From contig CAVULX010000004.1 of the NCBI GenBank assembly GCA_963742415.1, positions 800,001-864,000 of the forward strand: DNA of 64,000 nucleotides, given 5' to 3'. A program made the position numbers and the translations under genes. The stretch comes from an uncultured Parachlamydiaceae bacterium. GTDB lineage: Bacteria; Chlamydiota; Chlamydiia; Chlamydiales; Parachlamydiaceae. A model generated the notes under the pieces. That model did no database searches. It had not been told where the DNA came from and was given only the letters and a program-made list of their open reading frames with translations. Positions within the stretch are counted from its first letter, which is position 1; each line of letters starts with the position of its first letter. Shown here piece after piece: positions 19,616 to 30,053 of this stretch.

Positions 19616-20742
19616 GGCTGTTGATTCGCTGCTACCGCATTCACCTTTATCCCTGGAGCCACATTGATCTGGCCATCGACAATGACCGTATCACCCGCAT
19701 GCACATTGTCGGATTGGAGGGCGATGTACTGCTCTGTGCGAGTGAGAACCCCCACATTAATCGCTTTAGCTATTCCCTCTTTATCGACTGTGTAAATATA
19801 GGGACCATCTTTGCCTATCAAAACTGAGCTCGGGGGGACTATTAAAGCATCGGGAGCCATCTTGTAGAGAACTTTGACTTTGATAAATTCTCCAGGCCAT
19901 AAAAAGCGATCTTCGTTCGGCAGGCGCCCTTTCAACAGGATTGTGCCCGTATTTTGATCGATCTGGTTGTCAATAAAATAGGTCGTCCCTTTGATGATAT
20001 GATTCGGATTTTCTGGCAACGCAGCTTCGTACTTCCATTGACCTTCATTGCCCTGCACTTGCCTAATCATTTCAAATTGTTGCTGCGGCAAAGAGAACTC
20101 TATATCGATAGGAGAAAAGGGGCGTATGACTGTGATCTGGTTTGGGTCGTCAATCACTAAAATATTACCCACGTCCACATTGAAAAAACTAATTTTGCCT
20201 GAGACCGGAGCGACAATTTTACACCAGTTTAAATTAATCTCTGCGGCTCTGACAGCGGCTTTATCTAACTCCACTTGTTCACGAGCAGCAACTTCATTGG
20301 TGACAAACTGATCATAATTGAGGATCGAAATGTAGTCATCTTCCACGACTTTTTTATAACGCAGAACCGTTTCCTCTGCATAGCTCAGCAGCGCTTGGTC
20401 ATGCTTCAATTGGGCGATCGCTTCATCCAGAACTGCTTGATAGGGGCTTGGATCAATTTCATAAATCACATTTCCCTCAAGGACAATATCTCCTTGTTGA
20501 ATATAGGTCTTGATCAGCTTGCCATTCACTTGTGGACGTATATTTACAGTAACGGGTGGGATCACCTGTCCAATGGCATCAATAAAGATCGGAACCTCTT
20601 CCTGTTTCACTTCAGTCGTTGTCACTTGCGGTGGTGGTGGTTTCGGAGTGCTTTTTTTCTTAAAGCATCCGGTTAACAGGCTGGATAAAGCCACTATCAA
20701 GAGAAAAAAATATAGATGTTTTTTACTTACTATCCGCATCAT
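19612..20742 (-). CDS. RND periplasmic adaptor (MdtA-like MFP)
   Basis: Lipobox LLTGC; IVAPVSG, IDNQIDQNTGTI, LWPGEF. Confidence 0.9.
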   Translation of the reverse strand: MMRIVSKKHLYFFLLIVALSSLLTGCFKKKSTPKPPPPQVTTTEVKQEEVPIFIDAIGQVIPPVTVNIRPQVNGKLIKTYIQQGDIVLEGNVIYEIDPSPYQAVLDEAIAQLKHDQALLSYAEETVLRYKKVVEDDYISILNYDQFVTNEVAAREQVELDKAAVRAAEINLNWCKIVAPVSGKISFFNVDVGNILVIDDPNQITVIRPFSPIDIEFSLPQQQFEMIRQVQGNEGQWKYEAALPENPNHIIKGTTYFIDNQIDQNTGTILLKGRLPNEDRFLWPGEFIKVKVLYKMAPDALIVPPSSVLIGKDGPYIYTVDKEGIAKAINVGVLTRTEQYIALQSDNVHAGDTVIVDGQINVAPGIKVNAVAANQQP

Positions 20743-22258
20743 GGGTATCTCTTATTGGAATTTGGGACATTTCTTTAGGGGGAGCTTCTTTCCACACGCC
20801 ACTAGTGTCCTCAAGAACACCTACTGCAAAGGCTAAATTAGCCAAGGATAGAGCCCATTGCGTGCGTATGACTACAAGTTGTGCTCGCGCATTGCTCAAA
20901 GCTGTTAACGTATTTAGCACATCCAAAATGGAAGCCGTACCCGTCTTATACTGGACAACAAACCCCTTGAAAGCTCGAAGGCTATATTCAACCGCGGCTT
21001 CAGCAGAAGGCAAAGCAGCCGCGGCAGAAACGTAGGAATAATAAGCTGTTAAGACTTGAGTCGACACAGCAGCGACTTGCACATCTAAATTAGCAATGGC
21101 TTCTTCGATCTGAGCCCGCAATTGGCGCTGTTGATTCATAAAATAAAACCCTTGAAAAAGGGGAAAACTCAGCTCAATCGAAGCAACCTCCGTATAGGCA
21201 GAAGGCTTTCTTGGTGAGATAAAGCGAACCTGATTCCAATCAGCATTTGCCGTCAAAATAGGCATTCCGTTGGAATAAGAAATGGCCAGTTGCGCTTCCT
21301 GTTGTTTAATCACCGCCACAGCGACGCCTAAATCGGGGCGCTTCTGTTTGGCTAAATCGAGCAAACTGGAAAGATTCCCCGAGATCTGAACAACAGGCAA
21401 TTTTTGCGGCAAATTTTCGACGGCAATTTGAGTATCGGGAGGTAAACCAATAGAGATTAAGATTTCACCGAAAGAGGTTTTTTCTGCTCCTTGGGCTTGC
21501 AACCAGTTTGTGCGAGTAGTCTCTAAAGTAGACTGAGCCAACAAAACATCGGTTAAGGTAGCAAGGCCCGCCTCACGCATCACTTTAGCGGAATTCAAGA
21601 CGACCTCAGCATCTTTGAGATCTTGTTCATATCCTATGACCAACCCTTTATTTCCGAGATAACTCGTATAAGCTGTCAATACGGAAAGCATGACCTGTTG
21701 CATCGTGAAATCATGCTGCCAATTAGCAGAATAAAGAGCTTGAAGTGCAAATTCGGCCGCTGCGTCGCGCCCGCCAAAATCTAATAGTAGGTAGGTCAGA
21801 GTTAATTCATTTTGTTGGTTGACTGAATGAGCATTTACTGTTGTAGCTGTTGTCGATGTAGTGACAATACTAGGCCCAGTACTCGCAAAAGTGGAGCCCT
21901 TATTTGTTTGAGCATCCAAACTACCGGAAAATTCAAGGGTTGGATAATACGGACTTAAAGAGACATGATAGGCATAAGCAGCTGCTCTAGCCGCATTCCA
22001 TGTTAATCGCGTCGAGGGATTATTATACAAGGCTATGTCAAGCAAGCGCGACAGAGGCATCGTTCCCGATAAATCATCGGCTTTAAAGGGGATATCCGTC
22101 GTCTCTTTGACAACAAGCGGCTCTTTATCCCAAACAGAACCAGGAGAGGTGGGTACGTCTTCGTACAAGACAGGGTCGTAAAAAGGCTCACAACCCCATA
22201 AAAATAGCAACATGCTGACTAATATCGGTATATAGGATCTTTTCAGCCCAAATATCAT
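20723..22258 (-). CDS. TolC-family outer membrane efflux lipoprotein
   Basis: Lipobox-like LWGC; ALYNNP, LLDFGGR, KRPDL, PLFQG, YKTGTASILDVL. Confidence 0.88.
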   Translation of the reverse strand: MIFGLKRSYIPILVSMLLFLWGCEPFYDPVLYEDVPTSPGSVWDKEPLVVKETTDIPFKADDLSGTMPLSRLLDIALYNNPSTRLTWNAARAAAYAYHVSLSPYYPTLEFSGSLDAQTNKGSTFASTGPSIVTTSTTATTVNAHSVNQQNELTLTYLLLDFGGRDAAAEFALQALYSANWQHDFTMQQVMLSVLTAYTSYLGNKGLVIGYEQDLKDAEVVLNSAKVMREAGLATLTDVLLAQSTLETTRTNWLQAQGAEKTSFGEILISIGLPPDTQIAVENLPQKLPVVQISGNLSSLLDLAKQKRPDLGVAVAVIKQQEAQLAISYSNGMPILTANADWNQVRFISPRKPSAYTEVASIELSFPLFQGFYFMNQQRQLRAQIEEAIANLDVQVAAVSTQVLTAYYSYVSAAAALPSAEAAVEYSLRAFKGFVVQYKTGTASILDVLNTLTALSNARAQLVVIRTQWALSLANLAFAVGVLEDTSGVWKEAPPKEMSQIPIRDTHDADSK

Positions 22259-22276
22259 TTTGCAAAGTACCGCTTT

Positions 22277-23122
22277 TTAATAACTGCACGGCTCTTGATC
22301 ACCGAAAGGCAAATAGTACTCAAATAGAAATAGATTAACATCTTTAGGAAAATTAAATGCATAAACACGGCGTGCATACTCGATTCGCAAGATTCCCCAG
22401 CAACCCATAGAATAGCCATAACGCAAACCCACATCTACCGACCGGTGTTTGATGTTTCCATAGCCAGCAAAGTGTTCCGGATTAAGGTCATCTCTCCCTA
22501 ATCCCCACAAGGTATTGACAAAACCACGAAGGGTATTATTATTCCCATCCTTGTACTCAACACCCAGATCCCCCCTTAGCCAGAGAGAACCCTTATCAGC
22601 GCCACCCAGACCTAATACGTTCCACCATCTGAAGACATAATCATTCGCGCAGGGACGACCATAGCTTTTACCATAAGAAAGAAAAGCTTCCCCTTCGATG
22701 TGGCCATGATGAAAGGAACTGATATCGTGCAAAGCACGGGTCATCGGTTCGTCAAGCATAATGCCGATCACAAAGTTGTAAGGATCCCCTTCGAATTCAC
22801 TTAACCATTGATAGCGGCCCGTAATGCGGAAATTGTCGATGAGATATTTTTGGTGTCGCGTACGGGCGCCAGTCACTTCAAATTGACCGCAGTATCTTTT
22901 AAAAGGGTATTCGGCACTTAAAGTTCCAAACACATCTTTTGCATGATGTTTAAAATGATGATGGTGGTGAGGAGACGAAATTTTATCATAATTTTGATAG
23001 AGAACGGTCAGTTGCAACCCAACTTCGTAGTCGTTCCCAAACCAAGGTTCCCGATTTGCTGCCTGGGAGATGAAAGGGATTAATAAAAACAAAGATAGCA
23101 GCGGGAATCGTACCATTTGCAT
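22277..23122 (-). CDS. Putative outer membrane beta-barrel protein with His-rich segment
   Basis: Signal peptide, alternating aromatic strands, HHHHHFKHH; 18 nt upstream of the tolC-like gene. Confidence 0.6.
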   Translation of the reverse strand: MQMVRFPLLSLFLLIPFISQAANREPWFGNDYEVGLQLTVLYQNYDKISSPHHHHHFKHHAKDVFGTLSAEYPFKRYCGQFEVTGARTRHQKYLIDNFRITGRYQWLSEFEGDPYNFVIGIMLDEPMTRALHDISSFHHGHIEGEAFLSYGKSYGRPCANDYVFRWWNVLGLGGADKGSLWLRGDLGVEYKDGNNNTLRGFVNTLWGLGRDDLNPEHFAGYGNIKHRSVDVGLRYGYSMGCWGILRIEYARRVYAFNFPKDVNLFLFEYYLPFGDQEPCSY

Positions 23123-23298
23123 TCATCCAAAAAATTTTTAATAAATTATGTTTTATACCCATATCCAAAAAAATAATCTATAAATATCGGAAGTGCCTCA
23201 TTCGAAGTTCTTCTTTGAGATTAAAAAATAATTTATATGTAAGGCAGCTTGCTGTTGAATATATGGATAAAAATATGTATATTTGTTAATATAAATAT

Positions 23299-23580
23299 AT
23301 GGCTAAAACAAAATTTGAATGGGATCCGAAAAAAGACGAGCTAAATTTTTCTAAGCACGGTGTTTCGTTTTTTGTTGCACAAAAAGCATTTTTTGATCCA
23401 AATCGTGTAATTGCAGAAGATATCGAACATTCTCTAACTGAAAAGCGTTATTATTGTTTTGGAAAGATTGATGGAGAAGTAATGACGGTCCGTTTTGTTT
23501 ATAAAGATCAAATAATTCGCTTTTTTGGCGCAGGTTATTGGAGAAAAGGGAGGAGAATTTATGAAAAAGCGCAAAGTTAA
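23299..23580 (+). CDS. BrnT family toxin
   Basis: FEWDPKKDELNFSKHGVSF..A...F.D...EKRY...G......VRF......IR. Confidence 0.88.
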   Translation: MAKTKFEWDPKKDELNFSKHGVSFFVAQKAFFDPNRVIAEDIEHSLTEKRYYCFGKIDGEVMTVRFVYKDQIIRFFGAGYWRKGRRIYEKAQS

Positions 23581-23806
23581 ATATACAGATGAACCCATAG
23601 GGAAGATTCAAATAGTAGATGATTTTTTACCTAAGCCTAAAGATCTTGTATTAAAGGAAGAAACATCAAAAATCACTTTGTCTTTGACAAAATCAAGTAT
23701 CGAATTTTTTAAAAAAGAGGCTAAAAAAAACAATACGCACTATCAAACAATGATAAGGGCTTTAATAGATAAATACACCTCTCATTATATCCAAAAATCA
23801 CGTTAG
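23561..23806 (+). CDS. BrnA/CopG-like antitoxin
   Basis: AGGAG RBS before ATG 23561; DFLPKPKDL...KITLSL....IEFFK......YQTMIRALID. Confidence 0.82.
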   Translation: MKKRKVKYTDEPIGKIQIVDDFLPKPKDLVLKEETSKITLSLTKSSIEFFKKEAKKNNTHYQTMIRALIDKYTSHYIQKSR

Positions 23807-24042
23807 ATGTTTGTACGTAAAGAGGCGGATGCATATTTTTCATCAGCTTTAGAATCATAAACAATTTTGATCTCAGGTTTCTTAGTGGCTATTTCAAGAA
23901 CTAAATTATCCACATCAATTTCTTTTATATCTCTACTTTCCTTTTTTGCTAACGGATTTGTGCTTTTATCATATGTCTCACATGTGCCTGTACGCACATC
24001 AAGCTTGAGACTTCCCGATTCTGCAAAAATTCTGCCGAACAA
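23803..24042 (-). CDS. Hypothetical protein or gene fragment
   Basis: 79-aa TTG-start ORF between TA modules; no recognisable motif. Confidence 0.25.
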   Translation of the reverse strand: MFGRIFAESGSLKLDVRTGTCETYDKSTNPLAKKESRDIKEIDVDNLVLEIATKKPEIKIVYDSKADEKYASASLRTNI

Positions 24043-24138
24043 CTAAAACTCTCTTTTCAATTCAAAATCTTTTGCAAAAAAATTAGAGCTTTAAAATTTG
24101 TTCGGATGGCCGATTCGGGAGGGATGCACAGAAAACCG

Positions 24139-24543
24139 TCACTTTCTACGCCAGTCTTCGATAATGAGTCCTCTGACGCGATTAAATTCTTTGAAATTGG
24201 ATGTAACCATAATCAGATCATTTGCCATGGCTGTACCAGCAATCAAAATGTCAAAAGGCCCAATTGGCAAACCGGCTTTTTTTAATTGTGATCTAATGGA
24301 GGCCGCTGAAAGAGCACAGGCATTTGAAAACGGAACCAGGACAATATTCTTAATGAGTTGCTCCCATTGGGGTCGTATTTTTTTTTCCTGTTCTTTATTT
24401 AAAATTAGACCGAATTCTATTTCCATTGCTGTGATTGTTGAAACATAAATTTGGGTTGGGGACAGCTGTTGAAAATGTTGTATGACTGAAGGAATTTTTT
24501 TAAAGAAATCAGATACAACACAGGTGTCGATTAAATAATTCAT
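24139..24543 (-). CDS. vapC: VapC PIN-domain toxin
   Basis: YLIDTCVVS, STITAMEIEFG, PIGPFDILIAGTA, VTSNFKEF. Confidence 0.92.
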   Translation of the reverse strand: MNYLIDTCVVSDFFKKIPSVIQHFQQLSPTQIYVSTITAMEIEFGLILNKEQEKKIRPQWEQLIKNIVLVPFSNACALSAASIRSQLKKAGLPIGPFDILIAGTAMANDLIMVTSNFKEFNRVRGLIIEDWRRK

Positions 24544-24776
24544 TCTAATGGATTCTCGGAAATATTTTTCATATCTTTTCGATATTTTTTAAAGTCTGGA
24601 ACATTTTTTATAGGTTCAAAATCAAAAAAATTTTTTGGCCATGCTGATGCATGATGCTTATTCAGCCATTCTTCCAAAGCTTCTGAAATGATTGAATTAC
24701 GGCTGCGATGCGTTCTATTAGCAATTTTTGTAACCCTCTCGCCAATCTTTTTGTTTAAATAGATGTTAAAATTCAT
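24540..24776 (-). CDS. VapB-like RHH/CopG antitoxin
   Basis: MNFNIYL...SRNSIISEALEEWL; ATGA overlap with vapC. Confidence 0.82.
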   Translation of the reverse strand: MNFNIYLNKKIGERVTKIANRTHRSRNSIISEALEEWLNKHHASAWPKNFFDFEPIKNVPDFKKYRKDMKNISENPLE

Positions 24777-24797
24777 GTTTCTTCTCCCTTTACCAAT

Positions 24798-24826
24798 AAC
24801 ATAACATGTCATGTTATATATGTCAA
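24798..24826 (-). promoter_or_regulatory. vapBC promoter with palindromic operator
   Basis: Minus TTGACA-17-TATGTT; perfect inverted repeat ataacatg-t-catgttat at 24801-24817. Confidence 0.65.
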
Positions 24827-24862
24827 AAAATTTTGCCTAGTCGAAATCCGATTATTGGAAAA

Positions 24863-26212
24863 TTAGGTAGTTTCCTTTTTTTGCTGGATCAAATGGGATA
24901 AATTTTTAGGAGCGATAAAGATAAAAGCTTTTCCTTTCTTGACCATTTCTAACAGGCCTTTTTGATGCAAATCTTGTAAATCATGCCTAGCTGTTTCATA
25001 AGCAATGCGATGGGAGTTCTTATGAGCTTCTATCGAATAATTTACGCCTGGATGCCGGAGCGCATGCGCTAGTAGTCCTTCTTGTCTATAATTAAAATTC
25101 CAATCGTTTTTCATTAAGGATTCTATTTTGCTTAATTCATCAACTTTTTGATTTACGTAGTTATAAAGTGCATCAAGAGACTTTCGAATAACTTCAATTT
25201 GGTGAATAATAAAATAAGTAAGATCATTCTGATCAGTTTCAGTATAAAGAAATGCTTGACCATACTTTACAGGAGCTTTTAGAATTATTTCTGAAATTGA
25301 AATAAATTCAAAAAGCCAATATCCATGCCGCAGTATAAACCAGTAAAACAACGCACGAGCCGTCCTGCCATTTCCATCAACAAACGGATGATCATAAGCC
25401 AGCCAAAAATGAAGAATTATAGCACGGATAACAGGATGAATAAATTGCACTGGGACCTTTCCATTCGCGAAATCACACATGACAGACATTCTTTGGTCTA
25501 ATTCATTTGCATGGGGAGGCTCATGTAAAATATCTCCGGTTGAAGCATCTTCAACGATGACCCATTCATCTTCTTTCCGCAGTCTTCCTGCAGCATCACT
25601 CTTATCAAGAGTTTGATCGGTAATCATTCGATGGATTTCAAAAATCAATTCTTTGGACAGAGGCTGTTCTTTCCATAGCCTTATTTGTTGCATGGTATGG
25701 AAATTATTGAGGATCATTTGTTCGCTTTTATCTCTGGGAGGGCGCCCTGACCTTAGCATTTCTTTAGCCGCGTGACGCGTTGTTGCAGCCCCTTCTATTT
25801 GGCTAGAAGTAATCGCTTCTTCAATAAGAGAGTGAATGATATATTGATCCCGAGTATGGGGATTAACGATGGCCTCAGGCACTTCAATGGAACCACCCGC
25901 TCCCAAATCAATATAGTGCAGTTGTTCCAGTACACTATCGATTAGATTATAAAAAAATAGCTCTTTTCTATTCTTATCCCATAAAGGAACGCTTTTCATT
26001 CCAATCAAACGTTGCATTTTTATTCCCGCCCACCACTCTTCAGCAGTCAGATCCATGGGCGGGGATAAATGGCGCAAAATATCCCAGTGCCTGTACTTTC
26101 CCTCCCCTTCTGTTTCTATTCCGATCTGTCGTATAAGTTCGAATTTTTCCGGAGAAGAAAAGGCCAATAATTGATTTTCTTTGATGTCTGGGGGTCTTCG
26201 GGGCATTTTCAT
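24863..26212 (-). CDS. Fic family protein with C-terminal wHTH
   Basis: [18 protein letters not shown] inhibitory motif; [17 protein letters not shown]. Confidence 0.92.
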   Translation of the reverse strand: MKMPRRPPDIKENQLLAFSSPEKFELIRQIGIETEGEGKYRHWDILRHLSPPMDLTAEEWWAGIKMQRLIGMKSVPLWDKNRKELFFYNLIDSVLEQLHYIDLGAGGSIEVPEAIVNPHTRDQYIIHSLIEEAITSSQIEGAATTRHAAKEMLRSGRPPRDKSEQMILNNFHTMQQIRLWKEQPLSKELIFEIHRMITDQTLDKSDAAGRLRKEDEWVIVEDASTGDILHEPPHANELDQRMSVMCDFANGKVPVQFIHPVIRAIILHFWLAYDHPFVDGNGRTARALFYWFILRHGYWLFEFISISEIILKAPVKYGQAFLYTETDQNDLTYFIIHQIEVIRKSLDALYNYVNQKVDELSKIESLMKNDWNFNYRQEGLLAHALRHPGVNYSIEAHKNSHRIAYETARHDLQDLHQKGLLEMVKKGKAFIFIAPKNLSHLIQQKKETT

Positions 26213-26236
26213 TATTTTCTACCAATTTTTAAATTA

Positions 26237-26348
26237 ATGGTACCAAATATCTGTTCCATCGTCAATTACTAATTTAGTAGAAACTAGTAGAAAATCAGTA
26301 GATTGAAATTTTTTACTAATTTAGTAGAAATTAGTAGCAAACTAGTAG
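26237..26348 (-). promoter_or_regulatory. fic promoter with upstream phased TAGTAG repeat array
   Basis: Minus TTGACG (26265-26260), 17 nt, TACCAT. Two 36-bp units (26266-26301, 26313-26348; 32/36 identical), each with three (t/c)agtag at 10-11 bp spacing. Confidence 0.65.
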
Positions 26349-26494
26349 GAATTTTTGCCTATTAGTAAATCATTAGGATTTTGATTTAAGCACTTGCGAC
26401 AACCTTGAAATTGAGGAACTTAACTGAAGAAAGAGATTTTGCACTCCTGGAGGCTTCCCGATTTACAAAGACTAACCTACACAAGCTCGAAGTT

Positions 26495-27103
26495 TTAGGG
26501 AAAAGTTGTTGAGTCGCCAAAGAGAAGCTCTTGCAGGATAGGTTGAACGACAACAGGGGGAACTGGGGCTGGGAAAGGGAGCAACCATACCAAGTCATAT
26601 CGATTGGGATAGGGGATAATTCCAGCAGGCGGCAGATAGCCGAAGGCTTCGATAAGATCTGCAATCAAAGTGTGATGCCAGCAAATCAAGACATTTTTTC
26701 CATCGTAGCGGGGATTGTTTAGAACCAAATTCGCCATTTTTTTTTCTTGCAGAGGAGCAAAGGGTGAATGTACCGGAAGCTTGAGCTTTTCGGCTGTGGT
26801 AACGACTGTTTGGATACATCGGATCGTTTGATCATCTGAATGTTGCGCCGGGCGCGAAGCAAATATAACATCCGGAGGCCCAAACTGAAGAAGGGGCGGG
26901 TTCGTGCTGCTTGGGTCAAGTTCTGTCAAATAAGCGGCTAATGCTCCTGCCCGGCTTTGCCCTTTTGGCAATAGCTGACCATTGGCAGGATTTTTTTCCC
27001 CATGGCGGATGATGATCACTTGAGCAGGCAGCGCTTCGACAATCGTTACGTTAAGAAAAGCTAACAGGAAGGTGAAAAGCACAAGAACTGTTTTTTTCAT
27101 CAA
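26495..27103 (-). CDS. Exported histidine phosphatase superfamily protein
   Basis: Signal peptide; IIIRHGEK, RCIQTV, VLICWHH. Confidence 0.8.
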   Translation of the reverse strand: MMKKTVLVLFTFLLAFLNVTIVEALPAQVIIIRHGEKNPANGQLLPKGQSRAGALAAYLTELDPSSTNPPLLQFGPPDVIFASRPAQHSDDQTIRCIQTVVTTAEKLKLPVHSPFAPLQEKKMANLVLNNPRYDGKNVLICWHHTLIADLIEAFGYLPPAGIIPYPNRYDLVWLLPFPAPVPPVVVQPILQELLFGDSTTFP

Positions 27104-27114
27104 AAGCTCCGTTA

Positions 27115-28122
27115 TTAAAATCCAATGCCGAGGCTAGCTGAAATACCTTGGATGTCAAGATTCCTATTGTGTGGAACTAAATGGAAGGCATCCTGCTTGA
27201 GCTCTAGTTGGTGATAGAAGAAATGATATTCGTAGCCTAATCGTAAACAGAGATCATATATATCGCAGAGGCAGCAATTCCATTCAAGCCCTATAGAAAA
27301 GTCAGCAACATAGCGGAATCGCGTAAAATTTTTCTTGTGATGGGAACGGACATTTTCAAGGAATGTCTCTTTTTGTTGCACATTAAACTTCCCCAATAAT
27401 CCTGAAATAGCTGCGTCGCCATAAATGCTAAAGCCTTGGCCCAAGTACCATTCAGGAGCAACTCCAACGCGAGGGCCTACCCCCCAAAAATTGTTCGTCA
27501 AATGGATAAGGTCGGTGCCATTCAGCTGAACACCTCCATCGATAATCCCGATTAAAAAAATGCCCCCGGAATACTTAACGTGAGCGCTTTGACGAATATA
27601 GGCCCCTCTTAATCCTACGTAGGGCTGAATTTGAAGGCATTCCATACAATAAAAATTGCAGCCGAAATTGAGGTCATAGAGGTCTAAGGAGAGTTTTCCT
27701 TGAAGGCGTGCATCTGATGCATAATCCCCTGCTATGATATCGTCTGAAAGGGACCAGATAGGAAACATCCCTAACTGATCGTTTACATTGGTTAGATCGT
27801 TGTTGTCGGTGTGCTGTTTTTGATTGAGTGAAGCGTGGTAATGGGTCCAGTAAAAAGCGGTGTCCCAGCAATCATCACAAGAATGATAACCTACCCCGAG
27901 GCGGACACCGGGATCCCAATCAAAGTGAGGGGTCAATACCTTTGTTTGAGTATAGTCGTCGGTGGTAAATACCGGCGATGTTTTATTCGTTAAAACAAAG
28001 CTTTTTTCGTGGGCCTTCCAATAAAGAAAATCAGCCCTAGCCCAATAGTTCTCCTCGCCAGAGAGCTTCCCGAAGCACACCAGGCAGAAGAGGAGGGAAA
28101 TAAAAGCAATAGAAGGTCTCAT
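27115..28122 (-). CDS. MOMP/Lpg1974-like pore-forming outer membrane protein
   Basis: Signal peptide; DFLYWKA, WDPGVRLGVGY, FWGVGPRVG; Cys-rich; C-terminal Phe. Confidence 0.8.
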   Translation of the reverse strand: MRPSIAFISLLFCLVCFGKLSGEENYWARADFLYWKAHEKSFVLTNKTSPVFTTDDYTQTKVLTPHFDWDPGVRLGVGYHSCDDCWDTAFYWTHYHASLNQKQHTDNNDLTNVNDQLGMFPIWSLSDDIIAGDYASDARLQGKLSLDLYDLNFGCNFYCMECLQIQPYVGLRGAYIRQSAHVKYSGGIFLIGIIDGGVQLNGTDLIHLTNNFWGVGPRVGVAPEWYLGQGFSIYGDAAISGLLGKFNVQQKETFLENVRSHHKKNFTRFRYVADFSIGLEWNCCLCDIYDLCLRLGYEYHFFYHQLELKQDAFHLVPHNRNLDIQGISASLGIGF

Positions 28123-28270
28123 GAATAGAATATTCCGCTTGTAGTTTTCAATTGGCTATACACCGAATGTGACTCAAAAATTGGAATTTGGAGCGGCGTG
28201 AAAATCCCAGTTTTTGATTCACGTTCGATATAACAGATTGCAAAAGCTAGCACAATAAAAAAAATAGGTA

Positions 28271-28744
28271 TTAACTGCTGTGATAAGTGAGAACTTTCCA
28301 CTTGCCATCAGTGCTTAATACCATTGTGATCAACTCTTTGGCGTCGGGTCTATTTTGAAATGAGGTTTTGTAAAATAGCACCATATAGTCGCCGGCGGGT
28401 AATCCTTTTGGATTTTTAGCCGGACGTTGTTCAACTAATGTGCGTGAGACTAAAGCGCCAAGAGGCCTGCGCAATTTATCTTCTGCTTTGATCCACTCAT
28501 CCCGTTTAATGGTAAAGCGAAAAATATTGGAGCCTGCATCCCAACTTTCCCCATATTGCCCTGCATCCATAAATTTTAGCCATTCATCAGCAGCTATTCT
28601 GCTTAAACGCATGTTTTCCTGTTCTATAGCTGCTTCATCCTTGACGGCGGGGGCCGCCCCCGTATTTACTTGGCCATAAATAGAGGCGGACAAAATAATA
28701 GCAAGGAGTGCTATTCCTCTTTTTATTCCTGTTAATGCTTTCAT
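28271..28744 (-). CDS. DUF4019 domain exported protein
   Basis: WLKFMDAGQYGESW...RRPLG...LPAGDY....YKTSF...E.......DGKWKVLTY. Confidence 0.8.
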   Translation of the reverse strand: MKALTGIKRGIALLAIILSASIYGQVNTGAAPAVKDEAAIEQENMRLSRIAADEWLKFMDAGQYGESWDAGSNIFRFTIKRDEWIKAEDKLRRPLGALVSRTLVEQRPAKNPKGLPAGDYMVLFYKTSFQNRPDAKELITMVLSTDGKWKVLTYHSS

Positions 28745-28784
28745 AAATTCTCCTGGTTAATTTATAGCTCATTAAAAGTAGCCG

Positions 28785-30053
28785 TTATTCTGGATTAACA
28801 TACCTTCCGATGAACAAAACAGAATTCGTTGTTTTTTCTATAATCATAAACAGAAAGGGGTGGTCCGCTTTGAAAACAATGGGAGTTTCTTCTTGCACGG
28901 CTTTGAGTCCGATAGTAACGGCGGTTGCAGCGACAGCTTCTGTCCCCTTTTCATCAATAGAAAGGTAAGCTTTGTGGATAACATCATTGATGGCTAATTC
29001 TGTATTTCCGGTAATTCCTGAAAAATCAGCGCTGCTGCTAAACGGAAGGGTCAGGCCCATCTGTTGAAGTATTTGATTCAAATTAAATTCCTGTGAGAGT
29101 TTGAAGCGGGGAAGTGAGACAATGACCTGCTTTCTTTCGAGATTTTTCATCAATCCCTCTAATGAGCTCGAAAGGATGGTGCTTTCAATCTGCGGTAACT
29201 CAAAATTTTCGTTTGGGAGAAATACAAGTAAAGAAAGTTGCGCTGCCCCCTCTTTATCGATGCGATAAGGCATTTCAAGAAGGGTATAGCGATTTCCTTG
29301 TAAGAGGGAAAAAAAGGAAGTGCGAGTCATCATAGGGATAGAAACCGAGGCATTGGGGGAAATAAAAAATGTAGCTGACTCGGTCAAACTGGGATCGAAT
29401 GGGAATAGCCATACCGCCTTCATAAAAATCGAACTTACCACGACGAGTCTTGTTGACGTGTCTACATCATTGGATTTCAAGAGATCCATGATTCGACCTT
29501 CCGTCCTTTCTTGTACCCACCCGTTGATATTCAAGCGTGCCGAATCGGGGTTTCTCATAAAGTCTGCTTGCTTTAGGGATGCTTTGAAGTACTCAGAAGC
29601 TATTTGGTAAAAGGCAGGCAAGATTTTAAGGTCTCGCTGTATCCATATAGAGTTTGCTAGATAGAGGCGGGACTCATTGGGTCCGATAAATTGGGAAGTT
29701 GTTAAGAATGAGTTGAGGCCTGAAAAAGCATTGTATAGATTCGTATCTTGCGCCAAGTAATGCATCACCGTTTGTATTTGGGAACGGGTGGCCCCAGCAG
29801 ATCCTGCATAGGGCAATACCATGGCTGCAGAGATTGAGTAGGGGGAAAAGAACAGATTCCCTTTGGTCTTCCCCAGACGGTTATATAATTCGAAAGCGAA
29901 GGTGTTATTGCCCTGTGCTTGCGCATGGATGTTTTCTTGTAAAATCCGCTTTTCTAAAGCAGAATCTTTAACTTTTTGTTCCTCTTCCTCTTGAGCATTT
30001 ACAAAATTTGCAGCAAGCATGAGGCAGGCAAAATAAAAAAAATTGAATTTCAT
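28785..30053 (-). CDS. Serpin (serine protease inhibitor)
   Basis: NLFFSPYSI, hinge EKGTEAVAATA, FKADHPFLF, LFIGRYVNP; signal peptide. Confidence 0.93.
   Translation of the reverse strand: MKFNFFYFACLMLAANFVNAQEEEEQKVKDSALEKRILQENIHAQAQGNNTFAFELYNRLGKTKGNLFFSPYSISAAMVLPYAGSAGATRSQIQTVMHYLAQDTNLYNAFSGLNSFLTTSQFIGPNESRLYLANSIWIQRDLKILPAFYQIASEYFKASLKQADFMRNPDSARLNINGWVQERTEGRIMDLLKSNDVDTSTRLVVVSSIFMKAVWLFPFDPSLTESATFFISPNASVSIPMMTRTSFFSLLQGNRYTLLEMPYRIDKEGAAQLSLLVFLPNENFELPQIESTILSSSLEGLMKNLERKQVIVSLPRFKLSQEFNLNQILQQMGLTLPFSSSADFSGITGNTELAINDVIHKAYLSIDEKGTEAVAATAVTIGLKAVQEETPIVFKADHPFLFMIIEKTTNSVLFIGRYVNPE

Noticed and set aside
26386..26494. Possible repeat element or small ORF downstream of the phosphatase
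   Set aside because: No second copy or clear inverted repeat in the window; the ORF is a frame shadow of the phosphatase.
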